This document shows positions 22,043-27,159 of a stretch of 27,159 nt of DNA, piece by piece. The position numbers were made by a program, and so were the translations under genes. Below the pieces are notes generated by a model. It did no database searches. It was not told the DNA's origin and worked only from the letters and a program-made list of their open reading frames with translations. Origin of the DNA: Catajapyx aquilonaris (Eukaryota); the NCBI GenBank assembly GCA_000934665.2, contig KZ538271.1, forward strand, positions 62,001-89,159. The letters run 5' to 3'. Position 1 is the first letter of the stretch, and every line of letters begins with the position of its first letter.

Positions 22043-22692
22043 TTAGGGCCATTCATCTTCTTCCAGAAAGGCCGATGAGTAGGTGCCTTCGGGCAGCGTG
22101 AGGTCAATGACGGGGCTGTTCTCCGATGCTAAAGGCGGCTGCATCTCATCGGCTGCAGGGCTGTAGACAGGGGAAGATGGCCTCGGTGAAACGTCCTCTC
22201 CGGGGCTAGATGGTGGTCCGTCAGCGACTAGAAGCAACGGACTGCAGGGGTTCCACCGGGTTTGGTCGAACATGCAGAATGATGTGGCGAAAGGTCGTAC
22301 CACGCCGGTGGGTCCGTCAGCAACAGGCATCACTCCAGCATCACTCCCGTCAGCAATTGACGGGTGGGGTCGATATGTAGATCCCAGCTACACATGAAAT
22401 CCAGCCCCAGTACAATTGGCAGTGCGTCTTCTTGTAGCACTGCAAAAGGCGTCTGGAAAACGGCACCAGCCAGACGAATGGGCAATTCAGTCCTCCCAAT
22501 GGGGTGAATCGCGTGGTTCTCTGACGACACCAACACGGCGTCACCAAACGGCAGTATAGTTGGTTGGAGCCACTCTGGGATGGCCTGGATGACGCTGTTT
22601 GACACTGTTGATAGGACCGCCCCGGGACTGATTTGTCCTATCCACATCTCGTAGACAGCTATCGGCAGCGTGGCTGCAGTCATCATCAGCAT
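22043..22692 (-). pseudogene. Retropepsin-like pseudo-protease with Pro/acidic tail, frameshifted by an 11-nt duplication
   Basis: ISPGAVLS replaces IDSGAVSS; HPIGRTELPIRL and PIVLGLDFM are retropepsin hallmarks. Removing one copy of the GCATCACTCC repeat (22327-22347, 11-nt period) joins ORFs 22330..22692 and 22043..22333 into one 212-aa ORF. Confidence 0.8.
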
Positions 22693-23884
22693 CGTGGTTG
22701 TATTCAGGGCCGCTGGCCATATTCCGGGTTGTAACGGAAAGTTCTTGGATGATGCCCCAAAAGCAGTTGGAACTCTTTCTAATCAGGAGTCAAACGAGCG
22801 AGTGATTATACAGCACACACACAACACATTTTTATAGGGTGGGTAAATTGGGACCCTATTGCCCGATGGGAAAATATCTCCCTTGTCGAATGGTTCCATC
22901 ATCTGGGGGGTCCAATCACTTTTCCNTTCCACGTCTCGAGGCGCTACCTCAACGCGGACGTTAAACTGCACACTTTGCAAGTCCCACTTCACGGGGCCCG
23001 CTTTACAGTACAGGGGAGGTCCCAAAAAAATCAACTCCGGTAACTAGTCCGAATTTTTTTTCCACTTGGATACCGTACACCAGTACACTCACGTACAAAA
23101 GTTTTCCCCTCTAACACAATTTTTCTTAATGCCTCCATCCCCCCTTTTTTGTTAAGTAGCCTATCTCCAGGTACCAGCACGGCTCGTCGTTACAGCGGGC
23201 TGTTGGTCCAATGGGGTCAGTCGTTCCAGTGGTATTGGTACTCCTTTCCTCCATATTTTCTCCATCGTAGGGTTGATGGTTGTAGCGGGGTTGAGCACAG
23301 CCATCAGTATGGCCCTCGTACAGGACCCTCTCGGTTCCGGTGGGAGACTATTTGTCCTCCCAGTTGTACGGGGTCATCGATGTCCTCTTTCTTCGGTTTA
23401 TGCAAGATTGCACCACCAGGAGACGGACAGGATAGGATAGGTTAGAGCAGTAAAGCTCGACTTAGGTCAAAACACAGCAATAGTGCAGGACCGGGAAAGG
23501 ATTTGCTTGTTCGGCAAAATCCAATTGGGAATAGGATTAAAGGGGGAAGGTTAAAAGGTCTGGGAGGTGCTGGGTATGCACATACTCCACTTGACGAAAG
23601 GAAGGGTATGTGTGAACGGGGTTTAGGACACACATGGTTAGGAAAGTGAGACGATAAGACTCACTATTGCTGCATATCAGGATAATACAGACGTGGGGTT
23701 CTTTCCCGTGTTAGGATTGCACGGCGAACCTCCGATTTCCCCAATGCGAGGCAAACACTGGGTCAAATGACTTAGTGTGACAATAGTACACACAGTCCAT
23801 AAGGCAACCACGTAGTGCGACACGACTACGACACATGTCCAATGCACAACAACGTGGGGCAGAGACATGGAACCTAAGTGTCAT

Positions 23885-23902
23885 ATCCCACTTCTGACAC
23901 CA
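23885..23902 (-). promoter_or_regulatory. Primer-binding site of element A, tRNA-Leu(CAA) type
   Basis: TGGTGTCAGAAGTGGGAT, 2 nt inside the 5' LTR; complementary to the metazoan tRNA-Leu(CAA) 3' end ATCCCACTTCTGACACCA (from recall). Confidence 0.85.
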
Positions 23903-24642
23903 TTTGTGACCTTCGTAGTTAGGTCGCAACTACTGTTGAGGATGGTTCCAAACAAGTAGACTAGGGTTCAACTCAGGATTTCCATTTAATGTCACTGCCA
24001 TTTTACAAACAGGGTGAGCGGTTAATTGGGAGGTAATAGGGGTTGTTCAGATGGAGGGGGAAAAGTAGACGGAAAATAGGCATGACCAGTGGCGGCAGGT
24101 GAGCACCACTGTGACCGAAACGGCCATATAGCGTGAGAGGGCAAAAGGGGTAAAGGCCAAAGATGACACGTGGGTTAAAGCTCAAGTTCTCCAATGTATT
24201 TAACAACAGCCAAGGCGACAAAGTGAGAAGGGTAGAAGGGAAATAAAATGAAAAAAGGGAAAGGAGGGAGTGACCAGTGGCCTCACAGTTGAGTGAGACC
24301 AAAGGCCTCGATGAACAGGGGACAGGAGTTTATATAGATGGGTGAAATGCATTGTGGGTAGGGTCTGGTACAAAATATGACATAGTGATGTACGTGGTAC
24401 ATTCCAAACCAAAAGTAAAACTGTCACATACCCCCGTGCCACGATCGAACCATGGCGGTAGTCCAAGGCAAAACAAAAGTCAAACGGAAACAAAAGTTCT
24501 TGAAGGGAGTGAGGAGGACAAAACCAAAAGAAACAGGCCAGGCAAAGACAAACACTGACAGCCTGTACAAAAAGTAACTCAAAACAAAACTGTCCCTTCA
24601 AGGAAAAACTTGAAGAACTGTCAATTCATCATAACACACCCA

Positions 24643-25206
24643 TTAGGTGTAAGTCGCCGCACACACATTCTCGTCGGTGATGGTATCGTTGATGGTGCAA
24701 GCATCTCCATAGTCTATCCATCGATCGTTGGGGTCGTCAGCAGCTCCATCTTCAGATGATGGTAGGGAGTCAGGGATGCTCCCAAAAACTTCCAAGGGCA
24801 CGTGGAAAGGGACGAGGGCAGGATGAGATCCATGTCCGTTATAAACGGTCCCGGTGAGCATGAGTTGGTTGTAGTCGATGGAGCATCGCATGGACGCTAG
24901 AAAGTCAGCAGCCAGAACCACAGGCAAGACGGAAGTACACACAACCAGGAGGTGTAGTTGGATCTCTGCTTCGCCTACGACCACAGTCAGAGTGGTCCGT
25001 CCCAAAGGGTAGATTGGATGGTCATCCGCCACACGCAAGGTCGTCTGAGGGTCAGGGACGAGAGGTGGTCGATCGTCTACAGGAATAGTGTGCCACACCC
25101 TCAGGTCAATGGCTGATGACACAGCACCACTGTCGATCAAAGCGGGCCATGTAGTTCCACATATGCGAACTGGAGCTGTTGATGCTGTCAGCACGTACGA
25201 CGGCAT
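24643..25206 (-). CDS. Stand-alone retropepsin-type aspartic protease (187 aa) with acidic C-terminal tail
   Basis: ATG at 25206 in a good context (agcATG). Active site ALIDSGAVSSAID; flap LRVADDHPIYPLG; PVVLAADFL motif; stop at 24645-24643. Not fused to Gag or RT. Confidence 0.85.
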   Translation of the reverse strand: MPSYVLTASTAPVRICGTTWPALIDSGAVSSAIDLRVWHTIPVDDRPPLVPDPQTTLRVADDHPIYPLGRTTLTVVVGEAEIQLHLLVVCTSVLPVVLAADFLASMRCSIDYNQLMLTGTVYNGHGSHPALVPFHVPLEVFGSIPDSLPSSEDGAADDPNDRWIDYGDACTINDTITDENVCAATYT

Positions 25207-26026
25207 GCTGGTTGCTGTGGGATAGGCTCGAAGTCTAGAAAAGAGAATGGTGAGGTCAAAAAAGCGTGTCACCAAATGGCGATGTGCGGCTTGGAGTACG
25301 TCCTTTTTGTAGAGGCAACGCAAAGCACGATGGGTAATCACCTCAAAAATTATCACACGCACAACCACAGGGTGGTCAAACCTGTAGAAGTGCACAATAA
25401 TTATATTTGACCAAGAATGGAGTCCCATTCTTCCCATCGACACTACCTTGGAACAGACGGCACCGGGTGGTTCATGACCCCGGTCTCCAACTGACGTCTT
25501 TAGATAGGTTTTAATGATGAGGTTAAAGCGGTCATCTCCATTTACAGGGATGCCTTGACATACCCATTCAATGCATAATTGACGATAAGCTTATGGCCTT
25601 CTACACACGTTGGTATACAACTATACAAGGACGGAATAAAATGTACTTAGGAGGGGCGCAGTATTAGACCAATTCCACTAGTCTGGCCATACTGCCATTA
25701 GTAAACATTCGTTACACGGTAGTATTTCGTCGTCTAATGTTTACTAATCCTCCATCACTCAATATTTAAATAACCCCTCTCGAAGGTCACGGATTGCAGC
25801 GGTTAGTAGTTACGTCTAGGGGCACATCAGATAGTCCGGCCTCGCAGGAACAGATCGTATCCAGACATCCAGAAGAACTGTTCGGATTGGTTCGGGATGG
25901 CACATCCGGTTGGACCGGTAGTATCCACAGGCGTTGTCCGTTTTCACCGGAGCAAGGTTGAGGGAGTATACAAAACGCACACACACACAACCGGTCGTAA
26001 CCGTAGGATTCCTCTTCGTATTTGGT

Positions 26027-26088
26027 TGTTCGTATCCGTATCCGTAACAAGGCTGTTCGTATCCGTATCCGTAACAAGGCTGTTCGTA
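26027..26088. repeat. 27-bp tandem repeat (2.3 copies) in the leader of element B
   Basis: TGTTCGTATCCGTATCCGTAACAAGGC twice, plus a partial copy. Confidence 0.9.
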
Positions 26089-26598
26089 ATAATTTTTTCT
26101 TTTGCTCGCACAAGGTCAGGGAAGATAAAGGGAAAAGGAGAGGGGGGCATGATCTCTCCTCTGTAGGTTAATTTGAAGGATGGGTTCACGTGTGGGGAAT
26201 AACACGGATGCTTAGGGAAAGGATATAGACGTAATGTACCAGGATCGTACATAGTCGTAATAATGGAACACCGGTATGAGAGCTTGAGAAATGCTCGTCC
26301 AGTGAAATGTAAGGGAAAAACGAGTTGTGCAGGGAGTTGCCATATGCTGGTAGGTATGCACACTCTAAGTGGCCGTGAATACTTGTTACATAGCCACAAC
26401 CAGACTCCACTTGACCGAAGTCGCGAGTCCACAAGTGTCAATTCCGTAAATACAAGGAATGACGTCAATACAGGACAGGGGAACAGGGAACGAGTCCACA
26501 AGACTCGCGAAGGGGTACGTGCGCCATGCACCACCCACAATTTGGAAATAAGAAATAGGAGCGAGCGAGTAGGAAAACCGGAGGGAGGGACATTTCAG

Positions 26599-26616
26599 AT
26601 CCCACTTCGGGCGCCA
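26599..26616 (-). promoter_or_regulatory. Primer-binding site of element B, tRNA-Lys-like 5' part
   Basis: TGGCGCCCGAAGTGGGAT, 6 nt inside the 5' LTR. The first 11 nt match the tRNA-Lys(UUU) PBS TGGCGCCCGAA. Confidence 0.75.
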
Positions 26617-27010
26617 CGTTTATGTGACCGAAACGGCCATATAGCGTGAGAGGGCAAAAGAGGTAAAGGCCAAAGATGACACGTGGGTTAAAGCTCAAGT
26701 TCTCCAATGTATTTAGCAACAGCCAAGGTGACAAAGTGAGAAGGGTAGAAGGGAAATAAAAGGAAAAAGGGAAAGGAGGGAGTGACCAGTGGCCTCACAG
26801 TTGAGTGAGACCAAAGGCCTCGATGAACAGGGGACAGGAGTTTATATAGATGGGTGAAATGCATTGTGGGTAGGGTCTGGTACAAAATATGACATAGTGA
26901 TATACGCGGTACATTCCAAACCAAAAGTGAAACTGTCACACCACCAAAGGCCTCGATTGGATACAAGGAGACGGTTTATATCGGAAAGTTTGATGCATTG
27001 TGGGTATGTA

Positions 27011-27159
27011 TCATCAGTGAATCAAGTATTGTCCCGCCATGCGGGTTACAGTCTGGCCAGGATAATGGGTCTGTCAGACAGGCGTTCCGTTCGCTCGTCG
27101 CCCCGCTCGCTTCGCGCGCATGGGTCACACTGGCGAGCGTTGCGCTCCGCTGTGCCCTG
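27011..27159. mobile_element. Unclassified insertion interrupting the 5' LTR of element A (runs out of the window)
   Basis: Identity with the 3' LTR of A stops abruptly after gggtatgta (27010). GC-rich sequence follows, with gctcgcttcgcgcgc motifs. Confidence 0.5.

Larger units (their letters stand above)
24110..26940 (-). mobile_element. LTR element B (complete, 2831 bp, non-autonomous) nested in the 5' LTR of element A, with 4-bp TSD CCAC
   Basis: LTRs at 24110-24428 and 26623-26940 (TGTGAC...GTCACA; ~7 substitutions and 1 indel). TSD CCAC at 24106-24109 and 26941-26944. PBS at 26599-26616. PPT-like GGCACGGGGGTA at 24440-24429. Confidence 0.93.
21354..27010 (-). mobile_element. LTR element A (Ty3/Gypsy-like, non-autonomous); 5' LTR split by element B and by a further insertion at ~27011
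   Basis: 3' LTR at 21354-21748 (TGTGACCTT...AAGGTCACA). 5' LTR at 23905-24109 plus 26945-27010, ~3% divergent by eye. PBS at 23885-23902. PPT-like AGCATAGGGGTG next to the 3' LTR. The internal 2156 bp carries only a protease-like ORF. Confidence 0.9.

Noticed and set aside
23885..23902. tRNA gene
   Set aside because: Only the 3' 18 nt including CCA, next to an LTR; this is a PBS, not a tRNA gene.
25207..25443. N-terminal 79 aa of the 266-aa ORF in the track
   Set aside because: It starts at GTG and crosses a strong splice acceptor; homology with the element A protein begins near the ATG at 25206.
25787..26649. ORFs of 82-198 aa in the leader of element B as possible gag
   Set aside because: No capsid or CCHC zinc-knuckle motifs, mostly non-ATG starts, and partly tandem repeat. 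A profile search is still needed to exclude a highly diverged gag.
1..27159. CRISPR array or prokaryotic systems
   Set aside because: Spliceosomal introns and eukaryotic TEs throughout; no repeat-spacer array.

Overview
Eukaryotic (arthropod-like) genomic DNA. Bases ~390-4080 hold the last six coding exons (domain III S3 to the C-terminus) of a para/Nav1 voltage-gated sodium channel on the + strand, followed by a probable ~6 kb A/T-rich 3' UTR. The channel shows several unusual features: a cluster of five TGCATG (Rbfox) motifs after the L-type exon, a domain IV pore-loop substitution (AGWAE instead of AGWDG), and a UGA-C stop followed by a GC-rich 44-codon open extension (readthrough candidate). 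Downstream (10.3-21.3 kb) is repeat-rich sequence on the - strand: a broken ankyrin-repeat gene, LINE fragments, a TSD-flanked LINE lacking RT, a divergent GATA-finger exon and MITE remnants. The most unusual part (21.35-27.0 kb) is two related, nested ~2.8-2.9 kb LTR elements. Each has LTRs, a tRNA PBS and a PPT-like tract, but no recognisable gag, RT, RNase H or integrase. Each carries only a stand-alone retropepsin-type protease ORF with an acidic tail near its 3' end. One has an intact DSG active site; the other lacks the catalytic Asp and has a VIDLT SUMO-interaction-like motif. All calls were made by eye, with no database searches.
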